DNA from: an uncultured Pseudomonadales bacterium
GTDB taxonomy: Bacteria > Patescibacteriota > Microgenomatia > UBA1400 > PJMF01
NCBI GenBank assembly: GCA_964521215.1
Contig: CAZFRD010000002.1
Coordinates: 10,798 to 74,797, forward strand
Length of the DNA stretch: 64,000 nucleotides
Reading direction: 5' to 3'
Each line of letters starts with the position of its first letter. Position 1 is the first letter of the stretch. This document shows, in pieces, positions 38,012 to 49,046 of the stretch. The position numbers and the translations under genes were made by a program. The notes under the pieces are model-generated. The model had not been told where the DNA came from, ran no database searches, and was given only the letters and a program-made list of their open reading frames with translations.

Positions 38012-39760
38012 ATGAAATTAACCGCTCAGGTGGTCAAGTTGTGTTTGGTTGTTTTAGTGAGCGGTTTGCTTTTTACTTCTACCCTTGCTTTTGCCGGAGT
38101 AATTAGCGCACAAGATTCCAGTTCCAGTACCCCCAGTGAAGTCGACATCACTGCAGATGAATTAGCCGACTACCGTCTAGCCACAGCCGATTGTTCCACG
38201 CCATCGCTAGAATGTTTGGTCCGTAACGTTTCACGTTTTACTGCTATTGAGTGGGTGCAGGATATTATTGGCAAAGATAATAAGATCTGTATCGAGGAAG
38301 AAGGATGCACGGATCTAAGCAGTAATAATTCCGGCACCAATGTGGCAGATACTGGAGCCATCGGCAGTTTGTCTAACTTAATTACTGCCATGTATACCCA
38401 CCCCGTGGCAGACACCCAGACGTATGTGGCGTACGTGCTCAAATCTGCTCATATTACCGCTCCCGCCTACGCCCAGGGACTTGGGTTCTCTTCGCTTGAT
38501 CCAGTGCTCAATTTATGGACCACCTTTCGCAATATTGCCTACATGTTTTTTGTGCTGATTTTTGTAGTGGTGGGCTTCCTAATTATGTTCCGCCAAAAAG
38601 TCGGCCAGACGGCCATTACTGCCCAACAAGCGATTCCGCAAATCATTATTTCTCTAATTCTGGTTACTTTTTCCTACGCCATTGCTGGTTTGTTGATTGA
38701 TTTGATGTATGTGTTGATGGCACTAATCATTGGTGTTTTCTCTTCATTTTTTAGCGATGATGTTTTTGGCTATAACATTTTTCAGTTGGGAGGCAAGTTG
38801 TTCGAGGGTGCTGCAGATTTTTATCGCAACAAGGATTTTATTTCTGGCTTTTTAACAGGTCTTGATATCAATGGGGCTGCCAACCAAGTAGTCAGTTTAA
38901 TAAGCAGTTTGACGCTGATGATTATTCTAACGATAGCGATGTTGATTGGAATTGTGAGGTTGTTTTTCGAGCTACTAAAGTCATATGCCACTATTGTCAT
39001 CTCCGTAGTAGTAGCACCACTATTGCTGATGATGGGAGCTATTCCTGGTAGAAGCAATGCTTTTGGTTCATGGATCAAAACCCTAGTTGGCCACCTCTCA
39101 CCGTTCCCCGTAATCTTGATGGTGTTGGTGATGTTTTATGCTTTTACAGAAGGCGCAGTTAATGCTAGTAGTGGCGGTTTTATGCCACCATTTTTGCTCA
39201 ATGCCGGTAATGGTATTGGTGAAAGTATTATTGCGCTCATGAGTTTGGCCATTATTTTGGCTCTACCAGATATTGTGATAAAAATCAGAGATGGCATAGC
39301 GCCAAAGGATGCTTTTGGAGAACTGATAACTAACAAGGGCTGGAGTAACTTCAAAGATGGTTGGACGGGCAAGACCCCTTGGGGTAAAATGCCATTGGGA
39401 ATGAGTGGAAGGAATATTTCTAAGTTGGGTGTGGGTGCCACTACGGCTGGGGTAGGCGCAATTGGTGGTGCAGGAATTGGATTTGTTAAAGGAGGGGGAA
39501 CCATGAAAGAACGTCTCGGAAGAGCTGGTCAGTATGCTGGAGCTGGTGCGATTGGTGGCGCCATAGCACCTATCGCAATTCCCAAAGTGCCGAGATTGGT
39601 AAAAGGAATTGTAAAAGAAACTATGGGTAGTGCAGTTAGCTACACCGTTGGAGATGTTGTTGAAGAAAAGTTAGATCAGTTCAAAGCATACAGAGAAGAC
39701 AAAAAAGCTCAAAAGGGTGGAAATCGGAAGAGCGACGCTGCAGGTCTAGACAGAAACTAA
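38012..39760 (+). CDS. VirB6/TrbL-like polytopic membrane protein
   Basis: LWTTFRNIAY, LILVTFSYAIAGLLIDL, many TM segments and a glycine-rich C-terminus; T4SS context. Confidence 0.62.
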   Translation: MKLTAQVVKLCLVVLVSGLLFTSTLAFAGVISAQDSSSSTPSEVDITADELADYRLATADCSTPSLECLVRNVSRFTAIEWVQDIIGKDNKICIEEEGCTDLSSNNSGTNVADTGAIGSLSNLITAMYTHPVADTQTYVAYVLKSAHITAPAYAQGLGFSSLDPVLNLWTTFRNIAYMFFVLIFVVVGFLIMFRQKVGQTAITAQQAIPQIIISLILVTFSYAIAGLLIDLMYVLMALIIGVFSSFFSDDVFGYNIFQLGGKLFEGAADFYRNKDFISGFLTGLDINGAANQVVSLISSLTLMIILTIAMLIGIVRLFFELLKSYATIVISVVVAPLLLMMGAIPGRSNAFGSWIKTLVGHLSPFPVILMVLVMFYAFTEGAVNASSGGFMPPFLLNAGNGIGESIIALMSLAIILALPDIVIKIRDGIAPKDAFGELITNKGWSNFKDGWTGKTPWGKMPLGMSGRNISKLGVGATTAGVGAIGGAGIGFVKGGGTMKERLGRAGQYAGAGAIGGAIAPIAIPKVPRLVKGIVKETMGSAVSYTVGDVVEEKLDQFKAYREDKKAQKGGNRKSDAAGLDRN

Positions 39761-39880
39761 TACTATAATTCTTGCACAATCCGCACAAGTTTTCTATTTT
39801 CTAATAACTTAACTACCAAGTAAGAAATTAACGCTTTCCAATCGTTCGAACCATCAACGTGAGTAATCTCAAATTTACTC

Positions 39881-42800
39881 TTATATATCAAACAGCTCTT
39901 TTCTTGATCTTTCAGACGCATTTAGAAGCGACTCTTCGATGAGTCTCTGCATCTTATCAATTTCCTTATTGATCTTCTTAGAATGTTCGCCTGTAATGAA
40001 TCCCGCTTTCACTGCAACTCGTAAAATATCCCTTACCTGACTTCTTTTCAATGCAACAGAAAGCTCTGCTACCTGAAAGTTGTGATGAATTAAGCCAAGA
40101 AGGTACATATATTGAAAATCAAACTGTATTTCTTTGGCCTTTAAGTTTGCCTCTTTCGCTAATTTACTTAAGTCGTCTGCCAACTTAGCGTTCCCACTCG
40201 CCCTAGCACTCTTTGCGCGTTCTCCCAATACAACCGCTTCATTCATTTGGTCCCTCAAACCATAAATAAACGGGTGCAAATAGGTAAGTGTATTGGTCAA
40301 TCTTTGATATGTCGACACCTGACTATATTCGCTTGAATTGAGTCCCGTTTTGATTAGTTCTCCCTTGATAAAATGAGCGGTGTTTTTCATTTGCCTGTAC
40401 CACGTTGCCAACGCATCTTCTTCAATATTGTCCCATGGCATATTCTCTACCATAAGCTCTCCCTGCGCATTCCTATATGACATAAAGTCAATAATGTTGC
40501 CTTTTGCATCCAAGTTAGTCGTCATCTTTCTTTTGTACTCAACCCCATCTTTGTTGACGGTGTATACCGTACCTTCATAACAATGATGAAAGAATCCAGG
40601 AAACAAATCCCACCTCGTATCTAATCGATCTCTTTTGCCAGGAGGTAAAACATAAATTACCGGCTTCGCGTGACCAGCAACTCCCCGCTGATCATTGTAA
40701 TCAAAATATCCTGTCAGAGTAATTTGTGGACCTGATTCAGCATCTTTGCCTTTGTATTTCCTTCTAAATTCAGAAAAGTGGATCACCTCTCGAACCTGAT
40801 CCTTAATTACCGCTGCATTTAAGATATCTAACTCACTTGCGCGAAAAAGCGATCTATACAGCCTATAGGCAATCATTGCGGAGGCGGGGTCGGTTTGACT
40901 TGTAACAAACTTTATCACCCTGTCTCTATCTGCTGTAAGCGTAGAACTATCAACATCTGGCAGCGCTGGTTCTTGACCGGTCATAATTCTATCCATAATT
41001 CTCCACGCTGCACCAACTTTCTTGTGACGAAATAAGTGACCGAGTTGCGAACTTCTAAGATCAACCTCGTTTTGCCGAATTGTTTCAATCATTATGTCCT
41101 GGGTACTTTCAACCATTCTATAAACATCATTAAGTTCTTTTCGGGCGCTGATCATCGTTGAAATATAGTCAACTTCTGCCTGAGCAATTTTGCCTTGAGC
41201 AACCAAACTAGATAACTTGTCCCTCATTGCAATCATTGCGTTGTATTCACCTACGTTAATTGTGTCTTTAAAGCCGGCATAAGTTTCCTCTATCTTTAGA
41301 ATTTTTGCTTCAAACCACTCTCTGCTCACAACCTCTGGCTGCTCTTTACTTCTTCTAATGCACTGATCCAAGTGGCGAGTGGCCTCACCATAGTTGGTGT
41401 TTAGACCTGAAATAGCTGATCCAACTGATTTACTTTGTGGAAATTTTTTTGAATTATCCAATAAATTCTGACTTATTACAAGATTGTGTGCATCTGTTAG
41501 TCTTAATTTAAACCCAGGATTTGCTAGGGTGCCACTTTCTAACATTGCGGTGTCATAACAGGTAGCCCCAGTTGTTCCACAGTGTGGTGCAATATTTTTC
41601 GCTATATCGATTGCCCTTACTTCCCTAATTATTTTTGTTAAAGCAATTATTTCTGGCTGCTTTTCCCACTCTTCTTTACCAGCGGTATCAATTCTTTCCT
41701 TTAATAATGCGTCAGCTTTTTGTTTTCGCTTTAGCAATTCTAATCTCGCCTTCTCAATCTGAGGATTTGGCGATGGATTTTCAATCAAATGTGCAATAGA
41801 ACTACTTCGAGCTTCTAAGCCCTGTGATAGAATTACGGCATTGGCATAAGATTTCGTTGTCACCAATGAGTTACCACCCGTATCTATAATACTATCAATG
41901 AACACAGCTAGTTGATTCACATCAGTTTTCCACTTGGTAAATTCAAGTACTTGACCGGTCTCCAACTTTATTTGTTTCAGCTCATCAAGACACTTTTGTG
42001 CTGGAATCCAATACTTCTGAGACAAATAGTCCTCGTAAATTTTTCCAGAAACTTTACTTGCCAATAGTGTTTTATTACTATCAAGCTGTGTCTCAATTTG
42101 CGAGATATGTAAGAAATTAGGAGAACCTAAGGAAATTGCCTGTCTGGCTTGCTCGGTGATTACTCTAAGCATTTGAAGGCTTGGGGTTGTTTTTTCCAAA
42201 TTTGACTTCCACTGCTCGAAAACTCTAGTTACTAAACCAAGCTCTAACTTATCTAGTCGACTACCGACATGATCTTTAAGTTCTTCGGCACTCAATCTTT
42301 CTTCATTTATGGTACTTCCAGATAATACGCGAATGGCTCTCTCAAATGAAACTCTTGTATTACGAATAACTTCGAGAGCATTGTTACCAGTATATTCAGG
42401 CAGCGGTATGGTTGGATCAAAATTGGTGTCTACTAGTTTTTTTTCTAGATCATCGATTGATCGCTGGACCCCAGAAATAATCGTATCTAACCCATTCTCT
42501 TTCGCACTGGGAATAACTAGTTCTTGTAATCGACCTATGGCCTTTTGAATTCGCTTAAGTCTAGATCCAGCAATATCTGACCAAGAGTTCTTGAGTCGAG
42601 TAGCCTCAAGATGCGCGTCTTTGTCTGAAAATGCTTGGGCTACCAACAACTCTAATGCTGATTCGATTTGTTCAGCTTCTTCAACTAGGATTTCTAGTTC
42701 ATTTTGTGTACTCGGCAAAGTCATCGAATCCTGGATCCACTTTCTTACTAACATGTCTGCTGCTATTATTTTCTCTTCAATTAGATTGGGGGCTAATTCC

Positions 42801-43093
42801 AGCGCAACCCGGTCATTAACTTGAACGACTTCTTCAGGTTCAATTTCATCTTGAGTTGCGTGACTTTTTTGGTAATCAGATTGAGTAATACCAAATTTTT
42901 CAAGCAGCACTATTTTAAAAGATTCTGGAATATTTTTCGATTTATCGAGCCCACGAAGCATCTCGATAAGTTCATTTCTGAGCTTTTCCACTGGCTCAGT
43001 ATCTAATGATTTTGTTGCACGCACTAAGGCTTGCGAAAATTCTGCCAGCGAATACACACTACCACCTGATATCTCTCCTCTTGGTTCAGTCAT
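39881..43093 (-). CDS. Large alpha-helical orphan protein (1070 aa)
   Basis: Long ORF with no signal peptide; TATAAT lies 7 nt before the ATG. Confidence 0.7.
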   Translation of the reverse strand: MTEPRGEISGGSVYSLAEFSQALVRATKSLDTEPVEKLRNELIEMLRGLDKSKNIPESFKIVLLEKFGITQSDYQKSHATQDEIEPEEVVQVNDRVALELAPNLIEEKIIAADMLVRKWIQDSMTLPSTQNELEILVEEAEQIESALELLVAQAFSDKDAHLEATRLKNSWSDIAGSRLKRIQKAIGRLQELVIPSAKENGLDTIISGVQRSIDDLEKKLVDTNFDPTIPLPEYTGNNALEVIRNTRVSFERAIRVLSGSTINEERLSAEELKDHVGSRLDKLELGLVTRVFEQWKSNLEKTTPSLQMLRVITEQARQAISLGSPNFLHISQIETQLDSNKTLLASKVSGKIYEDYLSQKYWIPAQKCLDELKQIKLETGQVLEFTKWKTDVNQLAVFIDSIIDTGGNSLVTTKSYANAVILSQGLEARSSSIAHLIENPSPNPQIEKARLELLKRKQKADALLKERIDTAGKEEWEKQPEIIALTKIIREVRAIDIAKNIAPHCGTTGATCYDTAMLESGTLANPGFKLRLTDAHNLVISQNLLDNSKKFPQSKSVGSAISGLNTNYGEATRHLDQCIRRSKEQPEVVSREWFEAKILKIEETYAGFKDTINVGEYNAMIAMRDKLSSLVAQGKIAQAEVDYISTMISARKELNDVYRMVESTQDIMIETIRQNEVDLRSSQLGHLFRHKKVGAAWRIMDRIMTGQEPALPDVDSSTLTADRDRVIKFVTSQTDPASAMIAYRLYRSLFRASELDILNAAVIKDQVREVIHFSEFRRKYKGKDAESGPQITLTGYFDYNDQRGVAGHAKPVIYVLPPGKRDRLDTRWDLFPGFFHHCYEGTVYTVNKDGVEYKRKMTTNLDAKGNIIDFMSYRNAQGELMVENMPWDNIEEDALATWYRQMKNTAHFIKGELIKTGLNSSEYSQVSTYQRLTNTLTYLHPFIYGLRDQMNEAVVLGERAKSARASGNAKLADDLSKLAKEANLKAKEIQFDFQYMYLLGLIHHNFQVAELSVALKRSQVRDILRVAVKAGFITGEHSKKINKEIDKMQRLIEESLLNASERSRKELFDI

Positions 43094-43172
43094 TTACAAT
43101 ATTATATCAAGAAATGGCAAGAGCTAACAGACCTCACTTGTTGAATTGATTGTTATGATGTAGTCTGAATAC

Positions 43173-44228
43173 ATGAGTGAAAATGAGTACAACCCCGAAA
43201 ACGATGCTAGTGCTGGTTTCACCTCAGCGATGGAGGCTGGCAATGGAGCTGCAACAAAAACGGTGCCCGAAGTTGGTGATGGTCAAGCACAATTGAACGC
43301 AACGAACTCAGGCACGATTCAAGAAGATTCGACCCAAGAGTCAATAAGCATTAACGCCACACTTACAGAACAAATGCCAGCTTACCTCAATGCCCTAGAG
43401 GAACAGCTCGAAATTGGCGAAGATGTCTGGAACTATGAAAAAGCAGATGAATTAATTAAGCACATTGCCCCTAATAACGAAGTTCGTGAAGAAATACGAC
43501 GAAACCACCCCTCACTAGAAGAGAAATTGCTTGTTCTAGAGGAACAAAACGAAAAGGCTAGGCTTAAGAGACAAAATACATTACTATCCGAGCTAGCTAT
43601 GGAGGAGGAATTATCCCAAGCGGTTCAAGGCATAGACCTTGAAAGCAGTGGAGTAGATCAAGTACTGGTTGATGATTTGAAACCTGTTGAAAACGAAAAA
43701 ATATTTATCGATCTGGATGAAGATGGGAACGAAGGGGATGCGACCGGTACAATTAGGACGGAGCGAGAGGAGCATTCAATTGGTTCAAAAGCATTATTTG
43801 TGTTGTTGGTTCTGTATGATATTACCCAAGGTGGTCAGAGCTTGCGTGTAGCAGCAAGAACGGGTCAAGAACCTTTATTAGAGTTGATAGGGATCAATCC
43901 AGATAGGGCTAAAAGAATTATAGAAAAATCAAGAGCTCAAGAAAAACTCTTGTTCTCGCTATCTCCTGTTCGGCTTAAGGATTTCTTTGAAACAAAAATA
44001 AAAAGAGGTTACCGACAAGAAATCGTAACCTTTTTAGCTGGAATTTCTAGGGAGACTCGCGTCGATTTACTTAGTGGACGAGAGGTTCTTCCGAGAGGAC
44101 TAGGGCGATACTCTCATCTTCTTGATCAGGCTCAAATTCAACAGATCCTTGGTGCTTTAAAACCAGAAGATATTGACAGACTAGATCTGAATGACGTAGT
44201 CGCCCAACGACAACCAAATACAACATAG
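43173..44228 (+). CDS. Acidic orphan protein
   Basis: 351-aa ORF, E/D-rich. Confidence 0.65.
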   Translation: MSENEYNPENDASAGFTSAMEAGNGAATKTVPEVGDGQAQLNATNSGTIQEDSTQESISINATLTEQMPAYLNALEEQLEIGEDVWNYEKADELIKHIAPNNEVREEIRRNHPSLEEKLLVLEEQNEKARLKRQNTLLSELAMEEELSQAVQGIDLESSGVDQVLVDDLKPVENEKIFIDLDEDGNEGDATGTIRTEREEHSIGSKALFVLLVLYDITQGGQSLRVAARTGQEPLLELIGINPDRAKRIIEKSRAQEKLLFSLSPVRLKDFFETKIKRGYRQEIVTFLAGISRETRVDLLSGREVLPRGLGRYSHLLDQAQIQQILGALKPEDIDRLDLNDVVAQRQPNTT

Positions 44229-44329
44229 TTTTTGTAGAAATTGCTCGTCCCAATTTAATATTGAATAGTGCAATTATTATCTGACTCGCTATACTAGAAA
44301 CTAGTATTAATCCAAATTAGGTTCTGTCT

Positions 44330-44824
44330 ATGGGAGATATCTTAACACCAACGCCAGATGATGTACTCAGAGAGGGACCCAAGTTCAGAAACGACAGAGT
44401 TACTTCTGTAGCCTATAAGCTAAATCGAGGTGCTGAAGTCACACTAAGTGAGCTCACCACCTTTTTAGAATCTCTTGCGCCTCCAAGCAACGAAGGTTTG
44501 CCATATTATGTCAAGAAAGTTGCAGATGGTGTTGCGAAAGAGAGAAAGATTAAGTTATTCCCCATATTATGGGGTGACTCATCAAAAATCATGGTTGGCT
44601 ATATACCAAATTCAGAACAACCCAACCAAGACAGCTTCTTTGACTTAAATAGCGTTAAGTTGGTTTGTGAGTTCGAACTTGGGAATGCTGGAGACTTCAA
44701 CCAAAAATCGCCATCTACTGAAGAGATTAGGCAAAAAATTGAGGCGTTTTTTGAAAAGCAAGATATGCATCGATCAATTAGAGACACCATTGATGCAATT
44801 CAAAAACAATTTACTGGTTTGTAG
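44330..44824 (+). CDS. Orphan protein
   Basis: 164-aa ORF filling the gap between neighbours. Confidence 0.6.
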   Translation: MGDILTPTPDDVLREGPKFRNDRVTSVAYKLNRGAEVTLSELTTFLESLAPPSNEGLPYYVKKVADGVAKERKIKLFPILWGDSSKIMVGYIPNSEQPNQDSFFDLNSVKLVCEFELGNAGDFNQKSPSTEEIRQKIEAFFEKQDMHRSIRDTIDAIQKQFTGL

Positions 44825-44915
44825 CTTTTTTCCTGAGTAATAAAAACCACCTCGAATTTATTCCTTCGTTTTCTCCCTCCCGCAGCAACAACAGAACCCG
44901 CTATAATTACAAGGT

Positions 44916-47900
44916 ATGGCGGATGATTCCTCTGAAAAAACTATTAGCCAACCAAAGAGGTTGGTCTCCGGCTTTGCCCTTAATAACCTTGCTCACAGAC
45001 AGTGGCTGGCGGTTTTTTTGGCTGGACTGCAAGAGGCGCTATTTAAAGAAAACAAACTAGTAGAAAACCTCAAAATACCAGTTTGGTTTGGTTCTAAACC
45101 CTCGTGGGTCATCTTAACCACCACCGACGCAAAGAGAGATCTCGACGATCCCGCTCGAGACGAGAAGTCTTTATTTCCCACCGACATCGTTTACCTAATA
45201 GTCGATCTGGCCATAAGACTTGATGTTCCCCGCAAAGAGATTGAATATTATCTATCGAACGCCACTAGAGATGGGGACCTGTTCATAGAATCCACTGTTT
45301 TAGACACTCAAACTATCACTGAACTGAAAACACTTGTTGACGAAATCGGTAAGAAATTAGAGTTGGTAACAAAACAAGAGGACAAACAGAAAGAAGAGGA
45401 GGCTCCACCGACATTGGAAAAAGGTCCAGCTGAAGCTGTCAAACCTGTTGCCCCACCCCAAAAGGGGGTTACAACCGCAGGGGTTAAACCCACCCCAACC
45501 GAAGGTGGAGATCAAGCTGAAACACAAGTTGAACTACCCGGAGCAGTCGCGGCCTCGACAGTCATAAGCGCTCAAGCCGCCGCCCGAACCAAGAGATATG
45601 AGTTTGCCTGGATCTACAACCATTTTTTGTTCGACCTGACAGGCAAATATGGCATTGAGCCAAGTGATGAGTTGAGGGCACAACTCCAAGGAATTGTTTC
45701 AGAGCATCTGGGCACTATTTCTCCAGATGAAATGGCTAGTTTTTTTGCCAATCCCACTGCGCGTTTAAGAGCGATTCAAGCTATTTACCAAAAACTTAAC
45801 CTTCAAGATGACTTTAAGCAAAAGCTCAGTAATCAATATGACACTTACCTGCTAACTGCCACTGATTCACAAAAACAACAATTCCTACAAAGCAACAACT
45901 TCGCAAATGGCGGGTTGAAGATAATCGAAAACTTACAGAATTTTCAATTAGAAAATAATCAGTCGGGAGTGATCAAACAAGCCGAGACAACGCTGGCTGG
46001 TCTCACTGGTACGGCCATTGACGGCCCAACGGCTTTAAACTTTGAACGAGCCATCGAGGCATTAGCTCTCACTATGGGTTCCAAAACCGTGGCAACAGAC
46101 TTGGGACTGAGTTACCCAGAAAATAAGGCAGACCTGGAGACCTTCATTAAGAAGCTCAGCGCCAAACAGATAGCCCAGATCTTTTTCCCCAACCCCAATA
46201 AGCCAGATGAAGTAGATGACAAGATACTGTTAGCTATTGAGCAAAATCTTAGCTCAATTCAAAATCTACTTACCGCTACTCTGCTGGCAACTTCGCTGGA
46301 AAAACTAGCCACCGCACCGAATGAGTTAAAAAAACTTGTCGGCATAGCAGTCTTTACTGACGATGATCTTAAAGGCGACCAGACCGCAATCGAATCTGCA
46401 ATCGTCAGTGTGCGAACGCTTACCGGCGCGATGCCGGTTACTGGCAAAGACGACGACGTAACTCCTGCAATTACCACCAGCCACACCCAGCAGCTAATGG
46501 AACAATACCAAAAGCGGGTGCAAAAAATTTGGGCGTCTTTGGAAGAAGAGTCTCAACTGCGGGCTTACTACGCCCTATTTGGACTAACTGAGGATCCTGC
46601 CAACCACCAAGTTTTGTTGGATAAAGTCCAGCACCTTAGAATACCGGGTAGCAACAAATTACCCTGGAATCCTAATTTGATCAACTTGATCAATTGGGAA
46701 GATTTCTTAAGAAAAGATTACAAAGAAAACCAAAGGGTCGCGGCTCTTCGCGCCAAAGCCGCCGAGGGCTTTACCAAAAACCTCAGTCAGCTCCAACTTG
46801 AACAACTGCAAATCAGCCACTTACTTAACGAACTAGAAAACGGCGTGGTCTATGCCGAGGGCGTTGCTCACAAAATCAACCAAAACGAAGATATTGTTGA
46901 TCTTGAATTCCGCTCGGTACTAAACACACTAGACTTAGTCACCACTCGTTTGGACTTACTTAAAAGTCGAAAATTGGCTGAAGATGATGAAAAATTCAAT
47001 GTTGCATTAAACGAAAGAGTTGACAACCTTTCCGGTCGCTGTACGACAGTTTTATCCACCCTAGCTGGCTATAACCGCTTGGCGGGCCTACTGCAGAATT
47101 ATCAAAATCTCACCTTGGTTGAAACCTATCAACTATCGCTTGAGTACGAAATTCCCGAAATTTTACTCTACCAAGTTGGGGATATTACTCAACCGGGTTT
47201 TAATCAGCAAGCTGAGTTGTCCGACAGAGTCACAGCCGATAACTTACTTGATGACCCTTCCTCAATGTCGCTCGGCCAACTCAATGCTGCTGCGAGAAAG
47301 AGCAACGAGCTACATCCTAGTCGACTCGATCAAATTAACCTTGCCAACCAAAACAATCAGGCGCTTAATGATCTAAAAAACATAGTTGGTGGAGTGGGAG
47401 AAATAGCTGCTCAGTCAAAAGGCAACTGGGTAGCTGCGGCCGGTCTGGGTATTAAGAAATACCTCACCGACAAGGAATTTCGCCAAAGCATCAACCGGAC
47501 AGCTAAAAGATACGCAAAAAAAATAGCCTTGTTAGGTGGAATTGTTGTTGGAGGTGGAGTAGCAATCGGATTGCTTCTTAGACATTTGCTAGGAATGGCT
47601 GGACAGTGGGGCGGGATGCTTGGAGGAGCGTTGGCTGGCGGCACCGTTGGAGCGGCACTTGGACCACTTGGAGTAATATTGGGAGCGGGAATTGGGGGAT
47701 ATTTAGGATATAACGTTGGAGCCAAAGCCGCCGCCCTCAATGCTTCATCTGGGGCGGAATTGCTATCACCCAGTAGTTCAGCCGCCCAACCGATTTTCCA
47801 AGAAGAAGTCCTTTCGTCCTCACCCGCCACTTTTCAATCTGCCACTAGTGGCACTGGCATGGAAGCTACCACCCCAGCTGCCGCCACAGCTTCCCCCGTT

Positions 47901-49046
47901 GCTTCTTCTGCCGCCACCTCCGTTGCCACCCAAGCTCCTTTTCTTGGCAGTCTGGCTGGCATCCCAGTCTTAGCCTTAATCCCCGCCCTATCAATGCTGT
48001 CGCTGGCTGGGATCACGCTTTACACTTTGTTTGTAATTTTTTCCGCTTTCCTCGCCCCTCTACCCGTGGGCAACCTCGGTGGTGTCAACACCACTAAATC
48101 TGAATATGCGGTGCTGACAAAACTGGCATCACCGGGGTCACTATCAAACAACACGACCGCCAACGTCAACTACAAAATTATCTTGCAACCTAGAAGGAAT
48201 TATTCGCTCAAAGTAACCGCTGTGACCGATAGCGCCAACACTGGCTTCAACTTTCAATCTAATCGCTCAGGCAAAATTAATCCCCAAGTTTCACCACCCG
48301 CCAGCTTGCTCAATCCTCGTATTTCTTTGGCAGACTTTTCTCCCGATTTTTTTGGTCAGACCCAACTAAAAGAATATAGTGTCACCTTCTCTGGGGGCAA
48401 GGACGTGCTGGTTAGTAACGTGATAAAAATTACCTACGATGTCCAGGATGCTCAAGGCAATTCCATTGCCACTAACCAAACGATTGACGCCATCGCCAAT
48501 GTGTCCATTGGCGACCATGGCGTATTTTGCTGGCCCACAACGGGAGAAATAATCCAGTTGCCAGGGGGCAGTTTTTCACACAATAACTCTGACGCATTTG
48601 ATATTTCAGCTCCAAAAACCAACAAGGTCTACACCCCATTTGCTGGCTGGGCTCAAAAGGGCGATATGGGTAATAGTGATTATGGCAAATACGTAGTAGT
48701 TGACTCATATGTGCAAGGAAGGTGGATCAGAATTATTTACGCTCACTTAAGTAGCGCTGCGGTGGGTACTCCCACAGCCCACACGTGGCTTAATATAGCC
48801 TACAACCATGACGACAACCAAGCGAACAACATTGGTCAACAAGTTGGCGCTGGTCAACTAATTGGCGCAGTCGGCTCCACTGGCAACTCTACAGGACCAC
48901 ACCTTCATTATGAGCTCATATATATTAACGGCAGAAGACATACTTTCGGAAGTGGATTCAGCCTTATTAACTTAGTGCCTCCAAGACCTGCGGGGGGCAA
49001 ATACAGAGTAGGAGATTATGTTAAAACCTGTTATCCATTTAATTAA
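44916..49046 (+). CDS. Large membrane protein with a C-terminal M23 metallopeptidase domain
   Basis: WPTTG, H...AFD, YGKYV, YAHL and GSTGNSTGPHLHYE motifs; glycine-zipper TM region; long helical N-terminus. Confidence 0.82.
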   Translation: MADDSSEKTISQPKRLVSGFALNNLAHRQWLAVFLAGLQEALFKENKLVENLKIPVWFGSKPSWVILTTTDAKRDLDDPARDEKSLFPTDIVYLIVDLAIRLDVPRKEIEYYLSNATRDGDLFIESTVLDTQTITELKTLVDEIGKKLELVTKQEDKQKEEEAPPTLEKGPAEAVKPVAPPQKGVTTAGVKPTPTEGGDQAETQVELPGAVAASTVISAQAAARTKRYEFAWIYNHFLFDLTGKYGIEPSDELRAQLQGIVSEHLGTISPDEMASFFANPTARLRAIQAIYQKLNLQDDFKQKLSNQYDTYLLTATDSQKQQFLQSNNFANGGLKIIENLQNFQLENNQSGVIKQAETTLAGLTGTAIDGPTALNFERAIEALALTMGSKTVATDLGLSYPENKADLETFIKKLSAKQIAQIFFPNPNKPDEVDDKILLAIEQNLSSIQNLLTATLLATSLEKLATAPNELKKLVGIAVFTDDDLKGDQTAIESAIVSVRTLTGAMPVTGKDDDVTPAITTSHTQQLMEQYQKRVQKIWASLEEESQLRAYYALFGLTEDPANHQVLLDKVQHLRIPGSNKLPWNPNLINLINWEDFLRKDYKENQRVAALRAKAAEGFTKNLSQLQLEQLQISHLLNELENGVVYAEGVAHKINQNEDIVDLEFRSVLNTLDLVTTRLDLLKSRKLAEDDEKFNVALNERVDNLSGRCTTVLSTLAGYNRLAGLLQNYQNLTLVETYQLSLEYEIPEILLYQVGDITQPGFNQQAELSDRVTADNLLDDPSSMSLGQLNAAARKSNELHPSRLDQINLANQNNQALNDLKNIVGGVGEIAAQSKGNWVAAAGLGIKKYLTDKEFRQSINRTAKRYAKKIALLGGIVVGGGVAIGLLLRHLLGMAGQWGGMLGGALAGGTVGAALGPLGVILGAGIGGYLGYNVGAKAAALNASSGAELLSPSSSAAQPIFQEEVLSSSPATFQSATSGTGMEATTPAAATASPVASSAATSVATQAPFLGSLAGIPVLALIPALSMLSLAGITLYTLFVIFSAFLAPLPVGNLGGVNTTKSEYAVLTKLASPGSLSNNTTANVNYKIILQPRRNYSLKVTAVTDSANTGFNFQSNRSGKINPQVSPPASLLNPRISLADFSPDFFGQTQLKEYSVTFSGGKDVLVSNVIKITYDVQDAQGNSIATNQTIDAIANVSIGDHGVFCWPTTGEIIQLPGGSFSHNNSDAFDISAPKTNKVYTPFAGWAQKGDMGNSDYGKYVVVDSYVQGRWIRIIYAHLSSAAVGTPTAHTWLNIAYNHDDNQANNIGQQVGAGQLIGAVGSTGNSTGPHLHYELIYINGRRHTFGSGFSLINLVPPRPAGGKYRVGDYVKTCYPFN

